From Gammaproteobacteria bacterium (GTDB taxonomy: Bacteria > Pseudomonadota > Gammaproteobacteria > Ga0077536): a stretch of DNA of 64,000 nucleotides. A model generated the notes under the pieces. It searched no databases, was not told where the DNA came from, and saw only the letters and a list, made by a program, of their open reading frames with translations. Position 1 is the first letter of the stretch; each line of letters opens with the position of its first letter. The position numbers were made by a program, and so were the translations under genes. Below are positions 53,534 through 63,565 of the stretch, piece by piece. The stretch is taken from positions 11,723 through 75,722 of the forward strand of contig JAURMM010000016.1 of the NCBI GenBank assembly GCA_030830685.1, written 5' to 3'.

Positions 53534-54460
53534 ATGGGCGTGGTGCAGCTCGCGGCACGATTGTTCGCGATGCTGGTCACCCTGTTCGGCGTTTCCCTGC
53601 TCGTATTCCTGATGATGCAGGCGATACCGGGAGATCCGGTGGATGCGATGCTGGGCGAACAGGCCTCGGGCGCAGACCGCACGGCCCTGCGCGCAGCGCT
53701 GGGGCTTGATGCGAGCCTCCCAGAGCAATTACGCCGCTATTACGGTGGCCTGCTCGTCGGGGACTGGGGGCTTTCCCTGCAGACGCAGGAGCCCATTCTG
53801 GGCACTCTGGCCGCGCGTGCACCGGGCACCCTGCTGCTCGCGGGCAACGCCTTGGTGTTCGCACTGCTGTTGGCATTGCCACTCGGGATCTGGAGTGCGT
53901 TGCGACCCGGCCGTGTCCCCGATCATTTTGCCGGCTTGGTTGCGCTCATTGGCGGGGCAGTGCCCGGTTTCATCCTGGGGCCGGTGCTCATCGTGGTGTT
54001 CGCCGTATGGTTGGGGTGGGCGCCCGTCGGGGGCGCCGATAGCCACGGCAGCGTGGTCCTGCCTGCCCTAACGCTGGCCATCGGCATGGCGGCTATCCTG
54101 TCGCGCCAACTGCGTGCAGCCTTGCTGGAAGTACTGGCAGAGCCGTTCATGCGCGCCGCGCGCGCACGTGGGCTCGGCTTTGCAGCCGCGCTCTGGCGTC
54201 ATGGTCTGCGCAATGCGGCGATTCCGGTCCTCACCGTCCTTGGCATGCAGCTCGGGGCGCTGCTGGGAGGGGCAGTCATCACCGAAACCGTCTTCGCATG
54301 GCCGGGGCTCGGCACGCTCACGGTGGAGGCAATCGAGCGCCGGGACTACCCGCTGCTGCAAGGGTGTGTGCTGGTCATCAGCGCGGCCTATGTGGTGGTG
54401 AACCGCCTGACCGATCTCCTCACCGCCTGGTGCGACCCTCGCATCGACTGGTCTCGCTGA
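53534..54460 (+). CDS. ABC transporter permease (DppB/OppB-like)
   Basis: 308 aa 'MGVVQLAARLFAMLVTLFGVSLLVFLMMQAIPGDPVDAML' and the EAA loop region. Start at 53534, after removing the upstream ORF extension. Confidence 0.85.
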   Translation: MGVVQLAARLFAMLVTLFGVSLLVFLMMQAIPGDPVDAMLGEQASGADRTALRAALGLDASLPEQLRRYYGGLLVGDWGLSLQTQEPILGTLAARAPGTLLLAGNALVFALLLALPLGIWSALRPGRVPDHFAGLVALIGGAVPGFILGPVLIVVFAVWLGWAPVGGADSHGSVVLPALTLAIGMAAILSRQLRAALLEVLAEPFMRAARARGLGFAAALWRHGLRNAAIPVLTVLGMQLGALLGGAVITETVFAWPGLGTLTVEAIERRDYPLLQGCVLVISAAYVVVNRLTDLLTAWCDPRIDWSR

Positions 54461-55248
54461 TGCTGCGGCAGTGGTACGTTGGTGTGTTGTGCGTCTGGCT
54501 GGTGCTGGCTTGCATTGCGCCTTGGTGCATGGAATCTGGCAACCGCATCACATTGGAAAATGCGTTCGCACCGCCCACCGCGGGCGCGTGGCTGGGGACT
54601 GATGATCTTGGCCGTTCGATCCTTCTGCGCACGGTTGCTGGGGCCGCGGTATCTGCACCACTGGCGGCGGGTGTGGTGCTGGTTTCCTTGTGCGTCGGCA
54701 CTTTGCTCGGGGCACTTGGTGCCTGGCGTGGCGGTTTGCTCGATGCCTGCTTGCAGCGGATCATTGAGCTCTTCCAGGCCTTCCCTGGTCTGCTGCTTGC
54801 CATAGCACTCGCCGGAATCCTGGGCCCCGGAACAGGCAATGTCGCCCTGGCGCTCTGCCTGGTGGGATGGGTCGGCTTTGCGCGCCTCGCGCGTGCCCAG
54901 GTGGCAAGCCTGCGATCTCGGGAGCACGTGCTGGTGGCGAGGGCGCTCGGCACACCCGACCGACGCATCCTGTCGAACCACATCTTGCCACTGCTCGTCG
55001 CGCCGCTGCTGGTGGAGGCCACGTTCGCATTCGCGGCCACACTTGCAGCGGAGGCAGGCATGAGTTTCCTCGGCCTCGGCGCTCAGCCACCCACGGCGGC
55101 GTGGGGCAGCATGCTGCGCGAGGCGACACAATTTCTTCTGGTAGCCCCGCACATGCTGCTCGGGCCGGGTCTTGCCATTCTCTCGCTGGTCATGGCAATG
55201 CAGTCCGCCGGTGAACGCTTGCGGCTGCATTGGCAGTTGCCCCGCTGA
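54460..55248 (+). CDS. ABC transporter permease (DppC/OppC-like)
   Basis: 262 aa. TGATG overlap with the upstream permease. Contains 'APPTAGAWLGTDDLGRSILLR'. Confidence 0.85.
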   Translation: MLRQWYVGVLCVWLVLACIAPWCMESGNRITLENAFAPPTAGAWLGTDDLGRSILLRTVAGAAVSAPLAAGVVLVSLCVGTLLGALGAWRGGLLDACLQRIIELFQAFPGLLLAIALAGILGPGTGNVALALCLVGWVGFARLARAQVASLRSREHVLVARALGTPDRRILSNHILPLLVAPLLVEATFAFAATLAAEAGMSFLGLGAQPPTAAWGSMLREATQFLLVAPHMLLGPGLAILSLVMAMQSAGERLRLHWQLPR

Positions 55249-55317
55249 GCCGCGGTTGACAGGGCATTCTCAGGCGCGCTTATTCCATTATCATGCCGGC
55301 GAGCGCCGCATCCCGCG

Positions 55318-56391
55318 GTGATGGAGAGCAGCATGTCCCTGGGTTCCCTGATGATCGACATCCAGGGTACGACGCTGAACGCGGAGGATCGCAACCTCCT
55401 CTCCCATCCGTCGGTGGGCGGTGTGATCCTTTTTTCGCGCAACTACGAGTCCCGTGAACAGCTGACTGCGCTCACCCGCGAGATTCATGCCCTGCGCACG
55501 CCGCAGCTTCTCATTGCAGTCGATCACGAGGGGGGCAGGGTGCAGCGCTTCCGCGAGGGATTCAGTGCGCTGCCGCCGCTGATAAAACTCGGCCACCACT
55601 ATGACGACGCACCTGCCGAGGCACTCAAGCTGGCCTCCGATCTCGGCTGGTTGATGGCGAGCGAACTGCGCGCCGCCGGAGTGGATTTCAGTTTCGCGCC
55701 CATCCTCGATCTCTATTCCAGTCACAGCCGGATCATCAACGACCGTGCCTTCCATGCTTCGCCCGAGGTGGTCGCGAAACTTGCCCAAGCCTATGTGCGG
55801 GGTATGCATGCCGCAGGCATGGCGGCAGTAGGCAAGCACTTCCCCGGGCATGGCTCGGTGGTCGCGGACTCCCATCACGAGCTGCCGGTGGACAGACGTA
55901 CCCTGCAGACGCTGCGCAACCGTGACCTGGTGCCTTTCCGCTTGCTCGCGGCTGCAAGCCTCGAGGGCATGATGCCCGCGCACATTCTCTTTCCCAAGGT
56001 GGACAGCGTACCGGTTGGCTACTCCAGCCGCTGGTTGCGCGAGGTCCTGCGTGAGGAGCTCGAATTCAAGGGAGCCATCTTCAGTGACGACCTGAGCATG
56101 TCCGGTGCCGCGATTACCCAAGGTTTCGTGGAGCGCGCGCACATGGCCTTGTCCGCCGGCTGTGACATCTGCCTCATCTGTAACGACCGCGCCGCTGCCA
56201 GTCATGTCATCGACCGACTCGCGTTCTCGCCGGAACCACTGTCGCAGGTGCGTCTGATGCGCATGCATGGGCGACGGATGGACGGTGGGGGCGACTGGCT
56301 GAGTCATCCGCGCAGGCAGGATGCCCTGGCGGCGCTGACCCGGCTGGACGCCGATCCCACGCTTGCCCTGGGCGATGACGCGCCGGCCTGA
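55318..56391 (+). CDS. nagZ: Beta-N-acetylhexosaminidase NagZ (GH3)
   Basis: 357 aa. 'GGVILFSRNYES', the 'KHFPGHG' motif and the catalytic Asp region. Peptidoglycan-recycling enzyme. Confidence 0.88.
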   Translation: MMESSMSLGSLMIDIQGTTLNAEDRNLLSHPSVGGVILFSRNYESREQLTALTREIHALRTPQLLIAVDHEGGRVQRFREGFSALPPLIKLGHHYDDAPAEALKLASDLGWLMASELRAAGVDFSFAPILDLYSSHSRIINDRAFHASPEVVAKLAQAYVRGMHAAGMAAVGKHFPGHGSVVADSHHELPVDRRTLQTLRNRDLVPFRLLAAASLEGMMPAHILFPKVDSVPVGYSSRWLREVLREELEFKGAIFSDDLSMSGAAITQGFVERAHMALSAGCDICLICNDRAAASHVIDRLAFSPEPLSQVRLMRMHGRRMDGGGDWLSHPRRQDALAALTRLDADPTLALGDDAPA

Positions 56392-57313
56392 CCGCGGACG
56401 ACTGAACGGGGGCGCGTGGAGCCTCGCCCGGTTCCTGTGTCTTTTCTGCCTCGCCCCGCCTGCCCTGGCTCTGGAGTGCGCGCCGTGGTCGAGCGCCGCG
56501 CCTGCGGAAGTAGACGCTCGCTATGCCGACAGCCTGTTGTGGCAGGTCGTGAGCCCCGAGGGCAGGGTGAATCATCTGTTCGGGACCATCCATCTGGATG
56601 CGGAGCAGGTTGCCCAGCCGAGTCCGTTGCTGGTGTCGCTGCTGCGCGACAGCCATGCGTTGTGGCTCGAAGTGGCACTGGACTCTGCGGCAATCAAATC
56701 CCTGCCGGCACTGATGATGCTGCCGCGCGGCGAGGGACTCGATGGCCTCATCGGAGAGGAGCTCTTTGCGCACACGGCGCGTCTGCTGGAGGCTTACGGA
56801 ATAGACCCTGTCGTTACCAATCGCCTCGCACCTTGGGCCGTCTACACCACGCTCAACCTGCCGGCGGACATGCGGGGCACCCCGCTCGACGTGGCGCTCG
56901 ACAGGCTGGCCCGGGAACATGCGAAGCCCGTGCATGGGCTGGAGACCTTTGCGGAACAGACCGCCGTCTTCACGGCGATTTCCCGCTCTGACCAGATTAA
57001 TCTGCTGGAGCATACTGTCTGTCATTACGAGCGGCTACAGACTGAAACCCGGGAAATCGTCGAGCATTACCGGGCGGGTGATCTGAAATCACTGCTTGCG
57101 GCGTCCACGCACGAGGCAGGTGAGGCTGAAGAGCGTTTGAACCAGCGTCTCGTGGCCGAGCGCAACAGAAGCATGGCGCAGCGCCTGCTCGGCCCGTTGC
57201 GGAAAGGTGGACAGCTGGTGGCCATCGGGGCCCTGCACCTGCCCGGCGCCGAGGGCGTGCTGGCGCTGCTCGCGCGCGAGGGTTTCTTGCTCCGTCCGGT
57301 GCCTGTGCATTGA
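56363..57313 (+). CDS. TraB/GumN family protein (secreted)
   Basis: Signal peptide, then 'LLWQVVSPEGRVNHLFGTIHLD', typical of TraB/GumN. Confidence 0.6.
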   Translation: MPWAMTRRPDRGRLNGGAWSLARFLCLFCLAPPALALECAPWSSAAPAEVDARYADSLLWQVVSPEGRVNHLFGTIHLDAEQVAQPSPLLVSLLRDSHALWLEVALDSAAIKSLPALMMLPRGEGLDGLIGEELFAHTARLLEAYGIDPVVTNRLAPWAVYTTLNLPADMRGTPLDVALDRLAREHAKPVHGLETFAEQTAVFTAISRSDQINLLEHTVCHYERLQTETREIVEHYRAGDLKSLLAASTHEAGEAEERLNQRLVAERNRSMAQRLLGPLRKGGQLVAIGALHLPGAEGVLALLAREGFLLRPVPVH

Positions 57314-57387
57314 ATGCGCGTGATCGGCAGTGGGGTCAAAATCCGCTACGATGCGCGCCCACCCAGCGAGACATTTCAGGCCCAACA

Positions 57388-58218
57388 ATGCAAAGCCACT
57401 TCGTCAAGATGCAGGGACTGGGCAACGATTTCGTGCTGCTTGATCTGAGGGACCGGGAGCTGCCGCTCGAACCGGCAAGATTGGCGCGTCTCGCCGACCG
57501 TCGCTACGGCGTGGGCTGCGATCAAATTCTGGTCCTCGAACAGCCAGATGTCCCAGAGGCGGCGGTACGCTACCGCGTCTTCAACGCCGACGGTTCCGCG
57601 GCTGAACATTGCGGCAATGGCGTACGCTGTGTTGCGCGCTACCTGCAGCTGCGGGGGGAAATCGACGGCGGCGAGCTCAAGGTGCAGATCGGCAATCGCA
57701 GTTTTGCGCTCGACTTGCTGGCAGATGGGCAGGTGAGGGTGGAAATGGGAGTGCCGGTCTTTACACCGGCGCACATCCCGCTCGCCGTGACTCACGAAGC
57801 GCCGCGCTATGAGCTTTCATTCGAGGGCCACACGTGCGCTTTTGGCGCGGTGTCAATGGGCAATCCCCACGCCGTATTTCTGGTCGATGACATCGAGACC
57901 GCGCCCGTCGCCAATCTCGGCGGATGCCTGCAGGCACATCCGCTCTTCCCGGCGCGCGTCAATGCGGGGTTTCTGCAGATCACTGACGCCGCGCATGCAA
58001 TGCTGCGGGTGTTTGAGCGCGGTGCAGGCGAGACGCCGGCATGCGGCACCGGTGCCTGTGCGGCGGTTGCCGTCGGTCGGCTGTGGGATCTGCTCGGCGC
58101 GGATGTCCTCGTCACACTGCGGGGTGGGCAATTGCGCATCCAGTGGGAGGGTCCAGGGTCGATTCTCTACATGACGGGGCCGGCAGAAGAAGTCTTTGAA
58201 GGAAAAATCGCACTATGA
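57388..58218 (+). CDS. dapF: Diaminopimelate epimerase
   Basis: 'MQSHFVKMQGLGNDFVLLD', and the catalytic Cys pair ('HCGNGVRC', 'ACGTGACAA'). Confidence 0.9.
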   Translation: MQSHFVKMQGLGNDFVLLDLRDRELPLEPARLARLADRRYGVGCDQILVLEQPDVPEAAVRYRVFNADGSAAEHCGNGVRCVARYLQLRGEIDGGELKVQIGNRSFALDLLADGQVRVEMGVPVFTPAHIPLAVTHEAPRYELSFEGHTCAFGAVSMGNPHAVFLVDDIETAPVANLGGCLQAHPLFPARVNAGFLQITDAAHAMLRVFERGAGETPACGTGACAAVAVGRLWDLLGADVLVTLRGGQLRIQWEGPGSILYMTGPAEEVFEGKIAL

Positions 58219-58916
58219 GACTGCCCGACCCGGCAGACCGTGAATCATTGACTGACGCCGAGAATGTGCTTGCATTCCTGCAACAGCATCCCGCGTTCTT
58301 CACCGAACACCCGGAGATCCTGTCTACACTGGTCCTGCCGCACGATGCGGGCGGTGCAGTGTCCCTGGTGGAGCGACAGGTGCAGCGACTGCGCGAAGAA
58401 AATCGCGCGCTGAAGGCGCAGGCTGAATCATTCCTGGAATCTGCGCGGGGCAACGAGCGACTGATTTCCAAGATTCATGTGCTGACTCTGGCGCTGATGA
58501 GTGCCAAGGGCCCACGCGCAGTCATAGATCTGCTGGCGCGTGGGATAGCCGAGGATTTCGGCGCAGACCGGGTGACCTTGCTGGTCTTCGCCGAGGCACG
58601 GCGTCCCTCCAAAGCGACGACGGAGTTCGTCGGGCGCGAATCGTCGCGCCGGGTGCCGTTTGAAAGCCTAATCCACAGCCTGCGCACACACTGCGGCGGG
58701 CTCGACATCCTGCAGATGGCAGCACTGTTCGATGGCACCGCGTTTGAGGGCTCGCATGTGCTGCTGCCCTTGCGGGCGGCGGAATGGGATGGCGTGCTCG
58801 CCATCAGCAGCCACGATCCGGCACGCTTCAATGCCCAGCTTGCCACCGATTTTCTGGCCTTTCTGCGCGATGTTCTGACCTTGCTGCTCAGTCCATGGGT
58901 GGCCCCGCGCGCATGA
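58215..58916 (+). CDS. DUF484 family protein
   Basis: 233 aa in the conserved dapF-DUF484-xerC arrangement. 4-nt overlaps on both sides. Confidence 0.7.
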   Translation: MRLPDPADRESLTDAENVLAFLQQHPAFFTEHPEILSTLVLPHDAGGAVSLVERQVQRLREENRALKAQAESFLESARGNERLISKIHVLTLALMSAKGPRAVIDLLARGIAEDFGADRVTLLVFAEARRPSKATTEFVGRESSRRVPFESLIHSLRTHCGGLDILQMAALFDGTAFEGSHVLLPLRAAEWDGVLAISSHDPARFNAQLATDFLAFLRDVLTLLLSPWVAPRA

Positions 58917-59815
58917 CCGCGCAGACCGCGCAACTGAGCCGGAAGATGCTGGACAGGTTTCTCACCAGCCTTGCCGCGAGTTCACCGCACACGGTGATGG
59001 CCTACACGCGTGACCTCGGCAAGTTCGCGGATTTCTGCGCGCTGGAATCCGAAGGGGTGCGCGAGATCGACACCCATCTCATCCGGAGCTGGCTCGCACA
59101 CCTGCATCGGGCGGGCGCGGCACCTCGGTCGATTGCGCGAGCCTTGTCGTCTTTGCGGCGCTTTTGCGAACACCAGTGCCGGCATGGCATGGCGCTGGCC
59201 AACCCTGCGCTGGGGTTGCACGCGCCCAAGGCAGGACGGCGACTGCCTTCATTGCTTGAAGTGGACCAGGCCGCGCGCCTGCTGCAGCACACACCCGGTA
59301 CGCCGCTGGAAATCCGCGATCTCGCGATGTGGGAGCTGACTTACTCCTGTGGCTTGCGTGTTTCTGAACTGGTGGGCCTCGACCCGGAGGCGCTGGACCT
59401 GTGCGCAGGCGAAGTCCGCGTGCTGGGCAAGGGGCGGAAGGAGCGTGTGCTGCCGGTCGGGACGCTGGCCGTGGCGGCTGTGCAGCGCTGGCTGGCGGAA
59501 CGCGTGCGGTATGCCAGGCCGGAATCGGTCGCGCTGTTCCTGAACCAGCGCGGGGGGAGACTCACCACTCGGCAGGTCCAGTTGCGGCTCAAAGCCTGGG
59601 CGCAGCGCCAGGGGCTGGATGCGAGCTTGCATCCGCACATGCTGCGCCACTCCTTTGCAAGCCATCTGCTCGAGTCTTCCGGCGATCTGCGCGCGGTCCA
59701 GGAACTCCTCGGGCACAGCAATATCCGCACGACACAAATCTACACCCATCTCGATTTCCAGCATCTGGCCAAGGTTTACGACCAGGCGCACCCCCGCGCC
59801 CGGCGACGCTCCTGA
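58913..59815 (+). CDS. xerC: Tyrosine recombinase XerC
   Basis: 300 aa with 'RHSFASHLLESSGDLRAVQELLGHSNIRTTQIYTHL' (RHR-Y catalytic set). Its position after dapF/DUF484 points to XerC rather than XerD. Confidence 0.9.
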   Translation: MTAQTAQLSRKMLDRFLTSLAASSPHTVMAYTRDLGKFADFCALESEGVREIDTHLIRSWLAHLHRAGAAPRSIARALSSLRRFCEHQCRHGMALANPALGLHAPKAGRRLPSLLEVDQAARLLQHTPGTPLEIRDLAMWELTYSCGLRVSELVGLDPEALDLCAGEVRVLGKGRKERVLPVGTLAVAAVQRWLAERVRYARPESVALFLNQRGGRLTTRQVQLRLKAWAQRQGLDASLHPHMLRHSFASHLLESSGDLRAVQELLGHSNIRTTQIYTHLDFQHLAKVYDQAHPRARRRS

Positions 59816-59897
59816 GATCTCGATCCGCGGCAGGCAGGGGGGCTGCCTGATGTACAATCGCGGTTCTTCCCGGAAGCCCGACCCATGAGCCCGACCG

Positions 59898-60437
59898 ATG
59901 AGTAATTTCCACGCGACCACCATTCTCTCCGTACGCCGGCCGGGCCATGTCGCCATCGGGGGTGACGGGCAAGTCTCGATGGGCGACCAGATCCTCAAAG
60001 GCAACGCCCGCAAGGTCCGGCGCCTGTTCCAAGGCCGGGTCATCGCCGGCTTCGCCGGCGGCACCGCAGACGCCTTCACCCTTTTCGAACGCTTTGAAGC
60101 CAAGCTCGACAAGCATCAGGGCAACCTCATGCGGGCCGCCGTGGAGCTTGCCAAGGACTGGCGCACCGACCGCATGCTGCGCCGGCTCGAGGCACTGCTG
60201 GCCGTTGCCGATGTCGAGAACTCACTGATCATCTCCGGCACCGGTGATGTCATCGAGCCCGAGGATGCGGTGATGGCGATCGGCTCGGGGGGATCCTTCG
60301 CCCGGGCTGCCGCGCGTGCGCTGGTCGAGAACACCGAGCTCGACGCCGCCACCATCGTGCGCAAGGGTCTCGCGATCGCAGGTGACATCTGCGTGTACAC
60401 CAATTCCAACCATGTGATTGAAGAGCTGAGGTTCTGA
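59898..60437 (+). CDS. hslV: ATP-dependent protease subunit HslV
   Basis: 179 aa '[21 protein letters not shown]', with the N-terminal Thr nucleophile. Confidence 0.95.
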   Translation: MSNFHATTILSVRRPGHVAIGGDGQVSMGDQILKGNARKVRRLFQGRVIAGFAGGTADAFTLFERFEAKLDKHQGNLMRAAVELAKDWRTDRMLRRLEALLAVADVENSLIISGTGDVIEPEDAVMAIGSGGSFARAAARALVENTELDAATIVRKGLAIAGDICVYTNSNHVIEELRF

Positions 60438-60438
60438 C

Positions 60439-61785
60439 GTGCCGGCCTATGTGGATTCAATGATGGCGCTGACCCCGCAGCAGATCGTGGAGCAGCTCGA
60501 TCGACATATCGTGGGGCAGGATGCGGCCAAGCGCGCGGTGGCCATCGCGCTCCGCAATCGCTGGCGCCGGATGCGTGTGTCGCCCGACTTGCGCCATGAG
60601 ATCACACCTAAGAACATCCTGATGATCGGACCAACGGGTGTCGGCAAGACGGAGATCGCACGACGCCTGGCGCGTCTGGCCGGTGCGCCCTTCATCAAGG
60701 TCGAGGCGACGAAGTTCACCGAGGTCGGCTATGTCGGGCGGGATGTCGAGTCGATCATCCGCGACCTCGTGGAGGTTGCAGTGAACATGATGCGTGAGGA
60801 GGCGACCAGCCGGGTCCGCGCCCAGGCGGAGGATGCAGCCGAGGAACGCGTGCTGGATGCACTGCTGCCTCCACCACGCGGTCTCGAGACAGCGACCGGA
60901 GATGACACCTCCGGAACGCGGCAGCGCTTCCGCAAGATGCTCCGCGAGGGCAAGCTCGACGACAGGGAAATCGAGATCGAGATTTCTCAGTCGCAGCTCG
61001 GCGTGGAGATCATGGCTCCGCCCGGCATGGAGGAAATGACCAGCCAGCTGCAGAGCATGTTCCAGAATCTGGGCGCGGGGCGCCGTCGCACACGGCGTTT
61101 GCGCATTCCCAATGCCTTCAAGCTGCTGATTGATGAGGAAGCCGCCAAGCTCATCAATGAAGAGGATATCCGCAGCCGTGCCATCGACAATGTGCAGCAG
61201 AACGGCATCGTGTTCCTTGACGAGATAGACAAGATCGCCCGACGAGGCGAGGTCAGCGGTGCTGATGTCTCGCGCGAGGGCGTTCAGCGTGATCTTCTGC
61301 CGCTGGTCGAAGGCTGCGCCGTCACCACAAAGTACGGCACGGTGCGCACGGATCACATCCTGTTCATCGCTTCGGGCGCATTCCACCTTTCAAAACCGGC
61401 CGACCTCATTCCCGAACTGCAAGGACGCCTGCCGAACCGGGTAGAACTGGAGCCGCTAGGCGTGGAAGATTTCGAGCGCATTCTCACCGAACCCAGCGCC
61501 TCGTTGACCGAGCAGTACCGGGCCCTGCTCGGGACCGAAGGGGTTGAGCTCGGTTTCAGCGCGGATGGCGTGCGTCGAATTGCGGAAATCGCCCACCACG
61601 TGAACGAGCGCAGTGAGAACATCGGCGCTCGGCGCCTGCATACGGTGATGGAACGCCTGCTCGAGGCCTTGTCCTTCGTCGCCCCCGAGGGCCTGCAGAC
61701 CGCGGTGCATATCGATGCAGCCTATGTGGACCGTTACCTCGGCGAGCTGGTGAAAGACGAAGACTGGGCTCGCTACATCCTTTGA
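60439..61785 (+). CDS. hslU: ATP-dependent protease ATPase subunit HslU
   Basis: 448 aa. '[15 protein letters not shown]', the I-domain and a C-terminal '...WARYIL'. Confidence 0.95.
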   Translation: MPAYVDSMMALTPQQIVEQLDRHIVGQDAAKRAVAIALRNRWRRMRVSPDLRHEITPKNILMIGPTGVGKTEIARRLARLAGAPFIKVEATKFTEVGYVGRDVESIIRDLVEVAVNMMREEATSRVRAQAEDAAEERVLDALLPPPRGLETATGDDTSGTRQRFRKMLREGKLDDREIEIEISQSQLGVEIMAPPGMEEMTSQLQSMFQNLGAGRRRTRRLRIPNAFKLLIDEEAAKLINEEDIRSRAIDNVQQNGIVFLDEIDKIARRGEVSGADVSREGVQRDLLPLVEGCAVTTKYGTVRTDHILFIASGAFHLSKPADLIPELQGRLPNRVELEPLGVEDFERILTEPSASLTEQYRALLGTEGVELGFSADGVRRIAEIAHHVNERSENIGARRLHTVMERLLEALSFVAPEGLQTAVHIDAAYVDRYLGELVKDEDWARYIL

Positions 61786-61798
61786 GAGAGACAGCGTA

Positions 61799-62170
61799 AT
61801 GGCACATTACCAACCCACGAATCTTGTTCTGCACCAGCTTTCCCGGATTCTGGAAGTGAGTTTCGCGGACGGCGCGACCTGGCATCTGCCCTGCGAGTAT
61901 CTTCGGGTGTATTCGCCTTCCGCCGAGGTGCGCGGGCATGGCCCTGGACAGGGAACCCTGCAGACCGGCAAGGAAGAAGTGAACATCGATGACATCGAGC
62001 CGGTCGGCAACTATGCAGTGCGCCTGGTGTTTGACGATGGCCACAACTCGGGCCTCTACACCTGGGACTATCTCTACCTGCTTGGCAAGCAATACGACCA
62101 CAACTGGAAAGAATACCTCGCGGCCCTGGGCGAGGCTGGGCATACCCGCAAGGTTCGCGCAGATGGCTGA
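61799..62170 (+). CDS. DUF971 (gamma-butyrobetaine hydroxylase-like N-terminal domain) protein
   Basis: 123 aa with '[17 protein letters not shown]'. Conserved downstream of hslU in pseudomonads (from memory). 8-nt overlap with ubiE. Confidence 0.65.
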   Translation: MAHYQPTNLVLHQLSRILEVSFADGATWHLPCEYLRVYSPSAEVRGHGPGQGTLQTGKEEVNIDDIEPVGNYAVRLVFDDGHNSGLYTWDYLYLLGKQYDHNWKEYLAALGEAGHTRKVRADG

Positions 62171-62933
62171 GCCGGGCACGGGCGGCGCGCGCGGAGAGGA
62201 AACGGATTTCGGCTTTGAACGCGTGCCTGCCGGCGAAAAGACGGCGCGCGTGCGGCATGTCTTTGAATCCGTGGCGAGTCGCTACGACCTCATGAATGAT
62301 CTCATGTCCACCGGCCTGCATCGCTGGTGGAAGCGCTTCACGGTCGCGTCGATGGCCGCGCGTCCCGGGCAGCGGGTGCTCGACCTGGCCGGCGGCTCGG
62401 GTGATCTCACGCGCCTGCTCGCGCAACAGGTGGGAACGACGGGCGAAGTGGTGCTGGCCGACATCAACGACAGCATGTTACGCGTGGGCCGCGATCGGCT
62501 GTGCGACCGCGGTCTGGTAGACAATGTGCGTGTAGTGCAAGCAAACGCGGAGGCTTTGCCTTTCGGCGATCGTCATTTCGACCGTGCGACCATCGCCTTC
62601 GGTCTACGCAACGTCACCTGGAAGGACCGGGCGTTGTCCGAGCTCTACCGCATCCTGAAGCCGGGCGGCCGCCTGTTCATCCTCGAATTCTCACAAGTGC
62701 AGGCCCCTGCACTGGCCCGGCTCTACGATCTTTACTCCCTGCATGTGTTGCCAAAGCTGGGCCGGTGGGTGGCGCGTGATGAGGCCAGCTATCGATATCT
62801 TGCGGAATCCATTCGCATGCATCCGCCGCAGGAGCGCCTGCTTCAAATGATGCAGGAGGCCGGCTTCGAGCGCTGCCGCTACCACAATCTGACTGCCGGG
62901 GTTGTCGCGGTTCACGAAGGAATGCGGCTGTGA
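62163..62933 (+). CDS. ubiE: Ubiquinone/menaquinone biosynthesis C-methyltransferase UbiE
   Basis: '[41 protein letters not shown]' and '[11 protein letters not shown]', canonical UbiE. Confidence 0.9.
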   Translation: MAEPGTGGARGEETDFGFERVPAGEKTARVRHVFESVASRYDLMNDLMSTGLHRWWKRFTVASMAARPGQRVLDLAGGSGDLTRLLAQQVGTTGEVVLADINDSMLRVGRDRLCDRGLVDNVRVVQANAEALPFGDRHFDRATIAFGLRNVTWKDRALSELYRILKPGGRLFILEFSQVQAPALARLYDLYSLHVLPKLGRWVARDEASYRYLAESIRMHPPQERLLQMMQEAGFERCRYHNLTAGVVAVHEGMRL

Positions 62934-63565
62934 TTTCCAGATTGCCTGAACTCCTTTCCCGGGAGCAGCTGCTGATGAGCCTGTCGCGGGCGATCATGCA
63001 GGTGCTGCGTACCGACTCGCTCGCAACCGCGCGCCTGCAGGCGCTTGCCGGGAGAGTCATCGGCATCAGGATCACCGGCATCGAGACGGCAATTTTTGCC
63101 GCAGTGGACGAAGACGGACTGCTGCTCGCGCGGGAAACACTGCGTGAGCCAGATGTCGTCCTGTGCGGGCGACTCGCGGATTTTGCGGCGTTTGCCCAGG
63201 CTCGTCAGGCCTCCGAAGCGCTGCCAGCGGGAGCCTTGAAAATCCAGGGTGATCTGGCGACGGCACAGGCCGTGCAGCGCCTGCTCGATGAACTGAATCT
63301 CGACTGGGAAGCTTTGCTCGCAGAACGCGTGGGGGAAGTAGCCGCCCGACAGATTGGTCGTGGCGTGCGTGGCGGCATGAGCTGGTTGCAGCAGGCCACG
63401 GAGGCGCTGCGGGCAGACATCCCGGCGTGGTTGCAGGACGAGCGCAGGCTGGTGCCGGCAGCGGACGAAGTTGAAACCCTGGCACGCGAGAGCATGTCGC
63501 TGGCTTCGGATGTCGACCGCCTCGCGGCGCGCATCGCGCGTCTGCGTACCCGCGGGGCCACCTGA
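62930..63565 (+). CDS. ubiJ: Ubiquinone biosynthesis accessory factor UbiJ (SCP2 domain, YigP-like)
   Basis: 211 aa lying between ubiE and ubiB, as in E. coli. No strong motif; the call is positional plus composition. Confidence 0.6.
   Translation: MISRLPELLSREQLLMSLSRAIMQVLRTDSLATARLQALAGRVIGIRITGIETAIFAAVDEDGLLLARETLREPDVVLCGRLADFAAFAQARQASEALPAGALKIQGDLATAQAVQRLLDELNLDWEALLAERVGEVAARQIGRGVRGGMSWLQQATEALRADIPAWLQDERRLVPAADEVETLARESMSLASDVDRLAARIARLRTRGAT

Noticed and set aside
55291-56307. 338-aa minus-strand ORF antisense to nagZ
   Set aside because: It fully overlaps a strongly supported nagZ CDS. Its composition is Arg/Ala/Gly-rich as expected from the reverse frame of high-GC coding DNA, and it has no RBS or recognisable domain.
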